Positions 50,912 to 60,989 of a stretch of 64,000 bases of DNA are shown piece after piece. The stretch comes from an uncultured Candidatus Rokubacteria bacterium (GTDB taxonomy: Bacteria > Methylomirabilota > Methylomirabilia > Rokubacteriales > DASRDR01), in contig CAWDVE010000018.1 in assembly GCA_963805625.1 (NCBI GenBank), positions 1 to 64,000 on the forward strand, given 5' to 3'. Position 1 is the first letter of the stretch; every line of letters begins with the position of its first letter. Both the position numbers and the translations under genes were made by a program. A model generated the notes under the pieces. That model made no database searches, had not been told where the DNA came from, and saw only the letters and a program-made list of their open reading frames with translations.

Positions 50912-51925
50912 ATGAGGCGATCGCTTCGGCTCCTGGCCCTCGTGCTGGTGCTCGCCTTCGCCGCGCTTCCCGCCGGAACCGGCCTCCCGGACGCCCAGGC
51001 CCAGGCGGCCAAGACGAAGGTGACGGTCTTCGAGGCCTGGTTCATCCACAACGAGTCGATGGGGACGCCGACGGCGGTCGAGAAAGGCTTGTTCGAGGGT
51101 CTCGACGTCAAGGTGGTGGGTGGCGGCCCGGGGCTGTCCTCCATCGACCGGGTGATGGCGGAAAGCAAGGGCGGCGGCGTCGCGTTCGGGGTGGACTACC
51201 CCTACAACGTTCTGGAGGCGCGCGAGAAGCAGAAGCTCCCGCTGGTCGTCGTCGCCCACGATTTCCAGAAGTCGGCGGTGCGGCTCATCTCGTGGAAGGA
51301 GATCAAGAGCGCGAAGGACATCGAGGGCACCGTCGCCACCTGGATCGGCTACGACAAGCAGGTGAAGGCCGCGATCGGGCCGGACTGGGCGAAGCGCATC
51401 AAGGTCGTCAACCAGCAGGGCGACCCCGCGACGATCGGCTCGTGGCTCAAGAAGGACTACCCCTTTGCGCACGCGATGATCTACAACGAGATCCTCGTCG
51501 CCAAGCGGATGGCGAAGGACAAGTACTGGACGTACTCGTTCTCGGACTTCGGGATCGACTGGCCGGAGAACGTGGTGTTCACGACCGAGGAGACCATCAA
51601 GAAGCATCCCAAGGTCATCCAGGCCTTCCTGGCCGGGCGGTACAAGGGCTACAAGCACGCCCTGGCCAACCGCGACGAGGCTGTGCAGATCCTCCTCAAG
51701 TACAACAGCAACCTGAAGGGACAGGAGAAGCACGAGCTGGAGGGGATGGAGGCCATCGCGTCGGTCATGGTGACGCCCGACACGAAGGCCAAGGGCCTCG
51801 GGTACATCAACCCGGCTGGCTGGGACCGGGTGGCCCGTGACCTCAGCAAGGCCGGGTTCTACCCCTCGGCGCCCGACGTCAAGGCGGCCTACACCGCGGA
51901 GTTCCCGAGCGGGGTGACTCCCTAG
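50912..51925 (+). CDS. NMT1-like substrate-binding protein
   Basis: Signal peptide, GGGPG, AMIYNE; lies between permease and ATPase; AAGGAGG SD. Confidence 0.8.
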   Translation: MRRSLRLLALVLVLAFAALPAGTGLPDAQAQAAKTKVTVFEAWFIHNESMGTPTAVEKGLFEGLDVKVVGGGPGLSSIDRVMAESKGGGVAFGVDYPYNVLEAREKQKLPLVVVAHDFQKSAVRLISWKEIKSAKDIEGTVATWIGYDKQVKAAIGPDWAKRIKVVNQQGDPATIGSWLKKDYPFAHAMIYNEILVAKRMAKDKYWTYSFSDFGIDWPENVVFTTEETIKKHPKVIQAFLAGRYKGYKHALANRDEAVQILLKYNSNLKGQEKHELEGMEAIASVMVTPDTKAKGLGYINPAGWDRVARDLSKAGFYPSAPDVKAAYTAEFPSGVTP

Positions 51926-51941
51926 GCCCGAGCCGGGGGAG

Positions 51942-52775
51942 ATGGCCCCGCCGCTCGTCCGGCTCGAGCGGGTCTCGAAGCGCTACGAAGTCGCCCGGCG
52001 GCCGGGGCCCGCCGGCGTCGAGGAGGAGACCGCACTGCAGGCGGTCACCGACTTCACGCTCGACGTGGGGGCGGGGGAGTTCGTCTCCATCATCGGTCCC
52101 TCCGGGTGCGGCAAGACCACGGTGCTGTTCCTCCTGGCCGGCCTGCGACCGCCCAGCGCCGGCCACGTGGAGGTCTGCGGCCAGCCCGCCGCCAATGCGA
52201 TGCGGAGCGGGCTGGCAAGCGTCATCTTCCAGCAGCCCGTCCTCTTCGAGTGGCTGACGGTGGAGGACAACGTCCTCCTCCCGCTGCGGATGCGGGACCC
52301 GCGCTGGTGGGCGTGGCCGCTTCGCCGGCGGGGCTACGCGGCGCGCGCCCATGAGGCCCTGGCCACGGTCGAGCTCGACGCGTTCGCCCACTACCGGCCA
52401 GACGCCCTGTCCGGGGGCATGCAGCAGCGCGTGGCGATCGCGCGGGCGCTGACGCTGGCGCCCCGGGTCCTGCTGCTCGACGAGCCCTTCGGGGCGCTGG
52501 ACGAGCTCACGCGCGATCGGATGAACCAAGAGCTGCTCCGGCTCTGGGAGGCACGTGGTCTCAGCATTGTCTTCGTGACGCACTCGATCGAGGAGGCGGT
52601 CTTCCTCTCCGACCGCGTCGTCGTGATGGGCCGGGCGCGCTCGGAAAAGACCGGCTCCAGCATCGTGCGGATCGTCGACGTGGACTTGCCCCGGCCGCGT
52701 CGCCTGGCGGTGAAGGAGGAGGTCGCCTTCTTCCAGAAGGTGCGCGAGGGGCGCGAGGCGCTCCGGGAGGCGTAG
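51942..52775 (+). CDS. NitT/TauT ABC ATPase
   Basis: GPSGCGKT, LSGGMQQR, LDEPFGALD. Confidence 0.92.
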   Translation: MAPPLVRLERVSKRYEVARRPGPAGVEEETALQAVTDFTLDVGAGEFVSIIGPSGCGKTTVLFLLAGLRPPSAGHVEVCGQPAANAMRSGLASVIFQQPVLFEWLTVEDNVLLPLRMRDPRWWAWPLRRRGYAARAHEALATVELDAFAHYRPDALSGGMQQRVAIARALTLAPRVLLLDEPFGALDELTRDRMNQELLRLWEARGLSIVFVTHSIEEAVFLSDRVVVMGRARSEKTGSSIVRIVDVDLPRPRRLAVKEEVAFFQKVREGREALREA

Positions 52776-52806
52776 CCCTGTAAGGATTTGAACTCTCCAC
52801 TCCTGC

Positions 52807-52883
52807 TGCGAACGTGTGCTGCTAGCGACCGGCTCCGGCCGCGCGCGGCTCACGGCGCGTCGCGTTGGAAGCCATTGTTCTGT
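52807..52883 (-). other. Possible degenerate integron attC site
   Basis: Minus strand ACAGAAC-AATGG-CTTCCAACGCGAC...GTCGCTAGCAG-CACAC-GTTCGCA imperfect palindrome with extra bases on the AAC side. Confidence 0.35.
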
Positions 52884-53016
52884 GGCATGGGTACTTGAAA
52901 GCGCTGCTTAGACAGACCGACAACGATAATGCGAGCACGGTCGGCGCGAAACAGGCCGGCGCGCCAAGGCGTCCTAGGTGAGCTATGATGGGCAGTCTGT
53001 CCGGGGAGAAACGACC

Positions 53017-53569
53017 ATGACACCCCTCAGATTGGCTGGTCTTGTGATCGCGACTCTGCTCGCGGTGCCTCATGCCGGTCGACGACGAACGCAAGAAGGT
53101 CTTGGACTTCGACAGCCCTTATCATCTCCTGCAAAGCACCTATTTGGTGGCGCCCGGCTCGCCCATCCACACGCTTGCGGATGCCAACCGCGCCGGCGTG
53201 CGCATCTTCGGTGCGCAGGATACGGCGACCTTCCGCGCCTCCAACCGCGCCTCGCCCAACGCCACCCATACCGCGGTTGCCGGGCCCGTCAACGCGATCG
53301 AAACGATGCTGGCGGGCAAGGCCGATGCGATCGCGCTCGGGCGCGCATCGCTCGGCGGCATCGCCGCCAAGATTCCGGGCTCGCGCATCCTCGAGGGCGG
53401 CTTTCTCAATTCCACGACCGCCATCGCCGTGCCGAAAGGAAAGCCCGCGGCGCTGGCTTACGTGAGCGCGTTTGTCGAGGAGGCAAAGGCGTCGGGCCTG
53501 GTGCGCCGCGGCTTGGACAGCGTCGGGCTGACGAACGAGCAGGTTGCGCCGGCGGGCATGAAACCATAG
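53017..53569 (+). pseudogene. Amino-acid ABC substrate-binding protein with internal deletion/frameshift
   Basis: Signal peptide MTPLRLAGLVIATLLAV joined out of frame to C-terminal half MPVDDERKKVLDFDSPY...FVEEAKASGLV. Confidence 0.7.
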
Positions 53570-53747
53570 TTGTTGCGAAGACAGGCCACGCAACATCACC
53601 TCTCCGCGCGCGGATGGCTAAATTCACGGCCCCCGCTTCACGTACTCGCCGAGAACGCATTCAGTCCGCCATCGTGATTCGCCGTCGGCCGACTAAGATC
53701 GTCGTCCAGTGACGGAGCGCCCAGCCTCGAGTGGTGGGACCGGATCG

Positions 53748-56700
53748 ATGCCTGAGGCTCCGGCCCGGCTCCGGGTTGGGATCGACACCGGCGGCACGTT
53801 CACCGACGTCGTCGCCGTGGAAGAGGCGACGGGCGAGATCTTCGCGACCAAGACGCCATCCAGGCCCGAGGATCCGTCGCTCGCCGTGCTGGAAGGGCTG
53901 CGGAAGGTCCTGCGGCTCGCCGGGGCGCCGGCCGGCGCGGTGGTGGCGGTCTCGCACGGGACGACGGTCGCGACGAACGCGCTCCTGGAGGAGCGGTTCG
54001 ACGAGCTCGGGCTGGTGACGACCGAGGGGTTCCGGCACGTCCTCGAGATCGCGCGGCAGAGCGTCCCGCAGGGCTACGGCAACTCCTACTTCTGGGTGAA
54101 GCCGGCGCGGATCGTGCCGCTGCACTGCGTGCGCGAGGTCCCGGAGCGCGTGAGCCACCGGGGCGAGGTCCTGCGGGAGTTCGATGAGTCGGCGGCGGCC
54201 GAGGTGGCCGGGTGGTGCCGGCGCCGGGGCATCTCGGCGATCGGCGTGAGCTTTCTCCACGGCTACGCCAACCCGGCGCACGAGCAGCGGATGCGGGCAG
54301 CGCTCGCCCGCGTGCACCCGGAGGCGCACGTCTCGCTCTCCTCCGAGGTGTGGCCGGAGTACCGGGAGTACGAGCGCACCGTAACGACACTGGTCGACGC
54401 CTTCGCCAAGGGCCGTGTGTCCGGCTACGTGGAGCGGATCGGGGCCCGGCTCGCCACGGAGCTCGGGCCCGGCGTGCCCTTCCAGGTGATGAAGTCCAAC
54501 GGCGGCGTGATCTCCGCCCGCGAGGTCGTCAGCCACCCGATCACCACCATCCTGAGCGGACCGGCCGCCGGCGCGCTCGGCGCCGCGTTTCTGGCCGCCG
54601 CCGCCGGCTTCGAGCGCATCCTCACCATGGATGCGGGCGGGACCAGCACCGACGTCTGCCTGGTCGAGGGTGGCGAACCGGGGCTCACCACCGATGGCAC
54701 CGTCGGCCGGTTCCCTGTCAAGGTGCCGATGATCGATCTCGTCACGGTCGGGACGGGCGGCGGCTCGATCGCCTCGCGCGCGCCCGACGGCGGCCTCAAG
54801 GTCGGGCCGGCCAGCGCGGGCGCGGACCCCGGGCCCATGTGCTACGGCCGCGGCGGCACGCGGCCCACCGTCACCGACGCCCAGCTCGTCCTCGGACGCA
54901 TCCCGCAGCATCTCCTCGGCGGCGAGGTGCCGCTGTCGCTCGAGCTCGCCCGGAAGGGCATCGAGGCCCTCGCCGCGGAGCTCAGCCTCACCCCCGAGCG
55001 CACGGCCGAGGGCATCCTCGAGATCGCGGTTTGGAACCAGGCCAACGCCGTCGAGCAGATGAGCGTCAAGCGCGGCCTCGATCCGCGGGATTACACGCTG
55101 GTGGCGTTCGGCGGCTCCGGTCCTCTCCAGGCGGGCCGCCTCGTCGAGCTGCTGGGCCTGCGCGCGGCTCTCATTCCTGCGTCGCCCGGCACGGTCTCCG
55201 CCTTCGGCCTTCTCACCGTCGACCTCAAGAACGACTACGTCCAGACCGCCGTGCAGCGCCACGACCGGCTCGATCTCGCCCTCGTCAACGGCCACCTGGC
55301 GCGGCTCGAGGCGAAGGCGGCCGCGGCACTCGCCCGCGAAGGCGTGCCGGAGTCGGCGCGCCGTCTGGTCCGCCTGGCCGACCTCCGGTACTTCGGCCAG
55401 GCGTGGGAAGTCACCGTGGCGCTGCCGTCCGGTGCGATCGACGCCGCGGGCGCCGCCGAGACCGTGGAGCGCTTCCACGCCGCCCACGAGAAGCGCTACG
55501 GCTACAGCTATCGGGGCGAGCGTCCGGATGCGAGCGGGACCCGACAAGGGGTCGAATGGGTGAACGTGAGGGTCGTGGGTGTCGGCGTGACCGGGCGTCC
55601 GACGCCGCGGGCGCTCGCCGTCGGCGACGGGCACGCCGAGCGCGCCCGGACGGGAACGCGGCGCGTCGGGTTCGCCGGGGGAGACGTCGAGTGCCCCGTG
55701 TACGATCGCGCGCGGCTCCAGCCGGGCGATCGCCTGGCCGGCCCCGCGATCGTGGAGGAGTTCGGCGCCACGACCGTCGTCTGCCCCGGCCAGCGCGTCG
55801 AGGTCGACCGCTTCGGCAACATGATCCTGACCAGCGCGGCCGTGGCCACCCCCGCGCATAGGGCCGATGCTGGGACCGACACGATGCCCGGAGAGGCGCC
55901 GGCCAGCCCCGGGATCCAGCCCGCCCCCCCAGATCCCATCATTCTCCAGATTGTGCAGGGGACGCTGACCTCGGTCGAGGCGGAGGTCGAGGCGGCCATC
56001 GAGCGGACCGCCCGGTCGCCGATGATCCGGGAGGCGCGGGACTTCCGGGCTGGCATCCATGACCGGCACTGCAGGAAACTCACCGGCCGCTCGTACTCGT
56101 CCCTCGTCCAGCCGGTGGTGCGGGACTTCCCGCCGGACACGATGCGGCCCGGCGACGTCTACTTCCACAACGACGTCTACGAGTCGGAGGGCGGGATCGG
56201 CCATCTCCCCGACCTCTGCGTGACGGTGCCGGTCTTCGATCCTCATCAGGGAGACCGAGTGGTCGCGTTCGTTCAGGCGTTCGGGCACCACGACGACATT
56301 GGCGGGGCCGTGCCCGGCTCGATGCCGTCCCACGCCACGAGCGCCCACCAGGAAGGTCTGATGGTCCCGCCGGTCAAGCTCTACGACGCGGGTCGCCCGA
56401 ACCGCGACGTGCTCCGGATCCTCGTGCGGAACTCGCGGCTCCCCGACAGCCTCCGCGGCGACCTCGACAGCGAGGTCTCGGCCTGCCGGCTGGGCGCCGC
56501 GCGGCTCGGCGCGCTCTTTGGCCGGTACGGCGCGGCCCAGGTCGAGGCGTGCTTCGAGGCGATCCTCGCGCGGACGACTGAGACCTTCCGCCGGGAGCTC
56601 CTCGCCCGGATCCCCGATGGCACCCACACGTGGGAGGACTACGCCGAGCACGACGGCGTCGACCCGCCCCGGCTACACGCGCAGCGCATCACCATGACCA

Positions 56701-57803
56701 AGGCCGGCGGCCGCCTGATCCTCGACTTCACGGGCACGAGCCCCCAGGCCCGGGGGCCAATCAACCACGCCGGCAACTACGCCGACGGCGTGTTCCTCAA
56801 GAAGTGGCTCGCCCCGATCCTGCGCAACCTCGCCGACACGCCCGAGCGGATGGCCGAGCTGGACGTCAACGAGGGGGTCGTCCCGCTGATCGAGCTTCGG
56901 TTCCCGCCGCCCGGGACCCTGCTGACGCCGGTCTTCCCGGCTCCGACCAACGCGCGTACGTTCGTCATCCTGCGCCTGCTCGGGGTGCTCGCCGGCGTCC
57001 TTGCCAAGGCCACCGGGGGCCGCATGCCGGCCGACCAGGAGACGATCCGCTACACGGGCTTTCACGGCACGGATCCCGAGGGCGAGTTCTACCTGATGCG
57101 CGAGGTGCTCGGAGGCGGGTCGGGCGGCCGGCACTACGCGGAGGGCTCCGACGTCGTGCACATCGTGCCGGACAGCAAGAACCTGCCCGTCGAGTTCACG
57201 GAGACGCGCTTCCCGCTCCGGATCGAGCGGCTCGCCCTGGCGACGGACTCCGGCGGCGCGGGCCGGCGGCGTGGCGGGCTCGGCTACCTGAAGGAGTTCC
57301 GCACCCTCGCGGACAGCTACTTCCTCTCGGTGGCCGACCGCTCGATCCTCTCCTGTTGGGGACTTGAGGGCGGCCGGGCGGGGCAGCCGTTCCGGGTGAC
57401 GGTCGACCCGGGCGGTAGGGGCGAGCGCGTCCTGCCCGGCCTGGTCGACGATGAGCCGATCCCGGCGGGGACGCTCGTGCGCGTCGAGACAACCGGCGGC
57501 GGCGGCTGGGGCGATCCCCTCGAGCGTGAGCCGTCGCGCGTGATCCTCGACGTGGTCCAGGGCAAGGTCTCGGCGCGGGCGGCCCGGGAGGAGTACGGGG
57601 TGGTCCTGGTCCCGGATCCCCACGGCGAGGTGAGCCACGACGCGGATGCCACCGCCGCGCTACGGGACCGGCTTCGAGAAACACGTGGGCGGCTGCCGTT
57701 CTTCGATCGGGGGCCGGGCTACCGGCGCCTCGCCGGCCGGGACCAGGCTGACGTCGACCTCCTCGATCCGGCGGGGGCTGGGCTGGAGCCCGAGCGGCCG
57801 TGA
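53748..57803 (+). CDS. Fused hydantoinase/5-oxoprolinase (A+B) ATP-dependent cyclic amidohydrolase
   Basis: GIDTGGTFTD, HGTTVATNALLE, SGPAAG, DAGGTSTD, SAGADPGP; B part GHLPD, HHDDIGG, TGGGGWGDP. Confidence 0.93.
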   Translation: MPEAPARLRVGIDTGGTFTDVVAVEEATGEIFATKTPSRPEDPSLAVLEGLRKVLRLAGAPAGAVVAVSHGTTVATNALLEERFDELGLVTTEGFRHVLEIARQSVPQGYGNSYFWVKPARIVPLHCVREVPERVSHRGEVLREFDESAAAEVAGWCRRRGISAIGVSFLHGYANPAHEQRMRAALARVHPEAHVSLSSEVWPEYREYERTVTTLVDAFAKGRVSGYVERIGARLATELGPGVPFQVMKSNGGVISAREVVSHPITTILSGPAAGALGAAFLAAAAGFERILTMDAGGTSTDVCLVEGGEPGLTTDGTVGRFPVKVPMIDLVTVGTGGGSIASRAPDGGLKVGPASAGADPGPMCYGRGGTRPTVTDAQLVLGRIPQHLLGGEVPLSLELARKGIEALAAELSLTPERTAEGILEIAVWNQANAVEQMSVKRGLDPRDYTLVAFGGSGPLQAGRLVELLGLRAALIPASPGTVSAFGLLTVDLKNDYVQTAVQRHDRLDLALVNGHLARLEAKAAAALAREGVPESARRLVRLADLRYFGQAWEVTVALPSGAIDAAGAAETVERFHAAHEKRYGYSYRGERPDASGTRQGVEWVNVRVVGVGVTGRPTPRALAVGDGHAERARTGTRRVGFAGGDVECPVYDRARLQPGDRLAGPAIVEEFGATTVVCPGQRVEVDRFGNMILTSAAVATPAHRADAGTDTMPGEAPASPGIQPAPPDPIILQIVQGTLTSVEAEVEAAIERTARSPMIREARDFRAGIHDRHCRKLTGRSYSSLVQPVVRDFPPDTMRPGDVYFHNDVYESEGGIGHLPDLCVTVPVFDPHQGDRVVAFVQAFGHHDDIGGAVPGSMPSHATSAHQEGLMVPPVKLYDAGRPNRDVLRILVRNSRLPDSLRGDLDSEVSACRLGAARLGALFGRYGAAQVEACFEAILARTTETFRRELLARIPDGTHTWEDYAEHDGVDPPRLHAQRITMTKAGGRLILDFTGTSPQARGPINHAGNYADGVFLKKWLAPILRNLADTPERMAELDVNEGVVPLIELRFPPPGTLLTPVFPAPTNARTFVILRLLGVLAGVLAKATGGRMPADQETIRYTGFHGTDPEGEFYLMREVLGGGSGGRHYAEGSDVVHIVPDSKNLPVEFTETRFPLRIERLALATDSGGAGRRRGGLGYLKEFRTLADSYFLSVADRSILSCWGLEGGRAGQPFRVTVDPGGRGERVLPGLVDDEPIPAGTLVRVETTGGGGWGDPLEREPSRVILDVVQGKVSARAAREEYGVVLVPDPHGEVSHDADATAALRDRLRETRGRLPFFDRGPGYRRLAGRDQADVDLLDPAGAGLEPERP

Positions 57804-58678
57804 AGCCCCCCGTCTTCGAGTACACGGCGGTCAGCTCGATCGACGAGGCCGTTGCCGAGCTCGGGCAGCACGGCGATGCGGCGAAGCTCCTCGCCGGGGG
57901 CCAGAGCCTTGTCCCGCTCCTGAACATGCGACTGGCCACGCCCGAGCGCCTGATCGATCTCAACCGCGTGGCGGAGCTCGTGTACATCACGGTTCGCAGC
58001 GGCGGCCTTGCCGTAGGGGCGATGACGCGGCAGCGGGCCGTGGAGCGCAGCGCGCTCGCCGCCACGCACGTTCCCCTCCTGAGCGACGCGCTCCCTTGGG
58101 TGGGACACTTCCAGATCCGGAACCGCGGGACCCTGGGGGGCAGCCTGAGCCATGCCGACCCGGCCGCCGAGCTGCCGGCGGTGGCTCTCTGCCTAGACGC
58201 CCGCTTCACCGTCCGGGGGCCGGCGGGCGAGCGGACGCTCGTGGCGCAGGAGTTCTTCTTGACCCAGTTGACTACGGCTCTCGCGCCGACCGAGCTGCTC
58301 ACCGAGGCCTGGTTCCCCGCGATCCCGCGGAACTCGGGTTCGGCCTGGCTCGAGCTGGCCCGGCGCCACGGGGATTACGCGCTCGTCGGCGTGGGGGCGG
58401 TCGTGACGATGTCGGGCGACGAAATCGGGGAGGCGCGGATCGCCCTGACCGGGGTGGGGGACCGGCCCATCCGGGCGCGCGAGGCCGAGGCGCAACTCAT
58501 GGGTGAGTCGCCCACGCCGAGCATGCTGGCCGAGGCTGTCGAGGCTGTCCGGCGGGCGATCGACCCGGGGAGCGACATCCACGCGACCGCGGCGTACCGT
58601 CGGCACATCGCCGGCGTGCTCACCGGGCGGGCCATCCGGCTCGCCGTGGCGCGTGCGACGGGAGCCGAGCGTGCCTGA
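57800..58678 (+). CDS. Molybdenum hydroxylase FAD subunit (CoxM-like)
   Basis: [34 protein letters not shown]. Confidence 0.92.
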   Translation: MKPPVFEYTAVSSIDEAVAELGQHGDAAKLLAGGQSLVPLLNMRLATPERLIDLNRVAELVYITVRSGGLAVGAMTRQRAVERSALAATHVPLLSDALPWVGHFQIRNRGTLGGSLSHADPAAELPAVALCLDARFTVRGPAGERTLVAQEFFLTQLTTALAPTELLTEAWFPAIPRNSGSAWLELARRHGDYALVGVGAVVTMSGDEIGEARIALTGVGDRPIRAREAEAQLMGESPTPSMLAEAVEAVRRAIDPGSDIHATAAYRRHIAGVLTGRAIRLAVARATGAERA

Positions 58679-58741
58679 CCGCCGGGCTCGGTCTCAGGGC
58701 CCCCGTCCCCCAAAGGGTGGAGCGGCGTGCGGGGGTCCGGA

Positions 58742-59239
58742 ATGACGCCAGCCCCGCTCGAGATGTGCCTGCGGGTCAACGGGCGCGAGCACGCGGAAAC
58801 AGTGCCGCCGCGCCTCTTGCTCTCGGACTTCCTCCGCCACCGCCTGGGCCTGACCGGCACCCACGTCGGGTGCGAGCACGGCGTCTGCGGGGCCTGCACT
58901 GTGCTCCTCGACGGCGAGGCGGTGCGGTCGTGCCTGCTCCTCGCCATCCAGGCCGCCGGCGCCGAGGTGACGACCGTCGAGGGGCTGGCGGAGGCGGACG
59001 GCCCGCTCCATCCGGTCCAGCAGGCCTTCCACGAGATGCACGCGCTCCAGTGCGGGTTCTGCACGCCGGGGTTTCTCCTGTCGGTCGTCGCCTTCCTGCG
59101 GGACGTACCTGCACCCTCGGACGACGAGATCCGGCGCGGGCTGGCGGGCAATCTCTGTCGCTGTACCGGCTACCAGAACATCGTGCGGGCCGTCCGGCGG
59201 GCGAGCGAGCTCCTGGCGGACCCGCCGCCGCCCGCCTGA
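58742..59239 (+). CDS. Molybdenum hydroxylase [2Fe-2S] subunit (CoxS-like)
   Basis: [29 protein letters not shown]. Confidence 0.94.
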   Translation: MTPAPLEMCLRVNGREHAETVPPRLLLSDFLRHRLGLTGTHVGCEHGVCGACTVLLDGEAVRSCLLLAIQAAGAEVTTVEGLAEADGPLHPVQQAFHEMHALQCGFCTPGFLLSVVAFLRDVPAPSDDEIRRGLAGNLCRCTGYQNIVRAVRRASELLADPPPPA

Positions 59240-59283
59240 CGGGCGCGGGCGAACGAGACCCTCTGACCACGGAGAACCAGGCG

Positions 59284-60378
59284 ATGGCAACCGAGGTAGC
59301 CAAGGTCGAGCTCAAGACGGTGCAGGACGCCTCCGGTCTCGAGGCAGCGATCCTCGCGGGGCGGTTCACCGCCGACCAGGTCGTGGCGGTGGTCGGCAAG
59401 ACCGAGGGCAATGGCGGCGTCAACGACTTCACCCGCATCCTCGCCGACCAGGCCTTCCGGCGTGTGCTACAGCAATACGGGCGCCGCAGCGCCGAGGAGG
59501 TCGCGCGGGTGCCCATGGTGTGGTCGGGCGGGTGCGATGGCGTGCTCACCCCGCACGCCACCGTGTTCGCGCGGAACGAGCGGCGGGGACCGGCTGGCCA
59601 GCCGCGGCTCGTCATCGGCGCCGCGATGAGCGCCGAGCTCTTGCCCGAAGACATCGGCCGGCCGGCCATGGTCGAGAAGGTCGCCGAGGGGGTGCGAGCC
59701 GCGATGCGGGACGCCGACCTCCAGGACGCGGCCGACGTGCACTACGTCCAGACGAAGACGCCGCTCCTCACGATCGAGTCCGTGGCCGACGCTCACCGCC
59801 GGGGCCACGGCGTGGCCTGCAAGGTCCACGAATCCATGGATGTCTCGAACGGCACGACCGCGCTCGGCATCGCCGTCGCGCTCGGCGAGATCCCGATGCC
59901 GCGCGCCGAGCAGATTTGCCAGGACTTCGACCTCTATTCATCGGTCGCCTCGTGCTCATCCGGTGTGGAGCTGACGCGGGCCCAGATCGTGCTGATGGGC
60001 AACCGGGCGGGCGCCGGCGGCCGGTACCGGATCGGCCACAGCGTGATGAAGGACGCCCTGGATCTCGACGGGATCTACGAGGCGATCCGGGATGCGGGCC
60101 TGGACCTGCCGGCCCGGCCTCGCGCTGAGGACCTCGGCGGGCGTCTCGTCAACTGCTTCGTGAAGTGCGAGGCGGACCACCGCGGGGTGCTGCGCGGCCG
60201 CCGCCAGATCATGCTCGACGACTCGGACGTACACCACCACCGCCACGCCAAGGCGGCGGTCGGGGCCGTGGTGGCAGCCGCCATCGGCGATCCCGCCGTC
60301 TTCGTCTCGGTCGGGGCCATGCACCAGGGGCCCCACGGCGGCGGGCCGGTCGTCGCGATCGTCAACGTCGGGGAGTGA
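59284..60378 (+). CDS. Barbiturase (AtzD/barbiturase ring-opening amidohydrolase family)
   Basis: [47 protein letters not shown]: barbiturase-type rather than AtzD-type residues (GNGCVND, KCPLL, SRG, SGGxEHQGP). Confidence 0.88.
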   Translation: MATEVAKVELKTVQDASGLEAAILAGRFTADQVVAVVGKTEGNGGVNDFTRILADQAFRRVLQQYGRRSAEEVARVPMVWSGGCDGVLTPHATVFARNERRGPAGQPRLVIGAAMSAELLPEDIGRPAMVEKVAEGVRAAMRDADLQDAADVHYVQTKTPLLTIESVADAHRRGHGVACKVHESMDVSNGTTALGIAVALGEIPMPRAEQICQDFDLYSSVASCSSGVELTRAQIVLMGNRAGAGGRYRIGHSVMKDALDLDGIYEAIRDAGLDLPARPRAEDLGGRLVNCFVKCEADHRGVLRGRRQIMLDDSDVHHHRHAKAAVGAVVAAAIGDPAVFVSVGAMHQGPHGGGPVVAIVNVGE

Positions 60379-60778
60379 AGCGGCACCCCTGGAAGGTTGT
60401 CGATCGGATCGTGGACCCTGAGAAGGCTGGTCGCGTCTGGGGCTGGACCGCTGCGCCTAGGTGAACGGGCCATTCTCGACGCTGAGGCCGACAGATCCCA
60501 GGAGCGCGTCCCTCCGCGCGGGACCGGCCAGCGGGTGGTGAGGGCGGGTCGCCGCCGGAGGGTGACAGCCACGGTCGGCAACTCGTGGCGGCCGAATTTC
60601 TCGTATGCGATGCGCGATGTGTCAAAGGAGTCAGCGGGGCGCCGGGAAGCGCCTGCGCGACGGCTTCCCGCTGCCGTCGGACCGTGGTTGGGCCCTCGCC
60701 CGTGAGGTGATGGATCCACACCCGTGTGTCTCGTCGACCGCTCTCACCGTCGATCACTCGCAACACCCGTGTGGTCAT
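60362..60778 (-). CDS. Hypothetical protein or gene fragment
   Basis: Strong GAGGAGGA SD before ATG 60778; no recognisable motif. Confidence 0.3.
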   Translation of the reverse strand: MTTRVLRVIDGESGRRDTRVWIHHLTGEGPTTVRRQREAVAQALPGAPLTPLTHRASHTRNSAATSCRPWLSPSGGDPPSPPAGRSRAEGRAPGICRPQRREWPVHLGAAVQPQTRPAFSGSTIRSTTFQGCRFTPRR

Positions 60779-60989
60779 GGTTATCCTCCTCGGTCGGTCA
60801 ATCGTTGCCGCGTGGGCGCGCTACTCCGAGCAGATCGCTGAGCCGCCCAGCCACCGCCTTCACATCGTCGACCGCTTCGGCATCGGAACCGGCCAGGCCG
60901 CGTGCGACGAGGAGGCTCAATTCCACCTCATCCACGTCACCGAGCTGAGCGGGGAGCCTCGGCAGCACGGACACCCCGTCGAGAGATTC

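Noticed and set aside
59284-60378. Cyanuric acid hydrolase AtzD
   Set aside because: Diagnostic motifs match barbiturase (GNGGVND, KTPLL, SNG, SCSSG, SVxAxHQGP) rather than AtzD; no biuret hydrolase is nearby.
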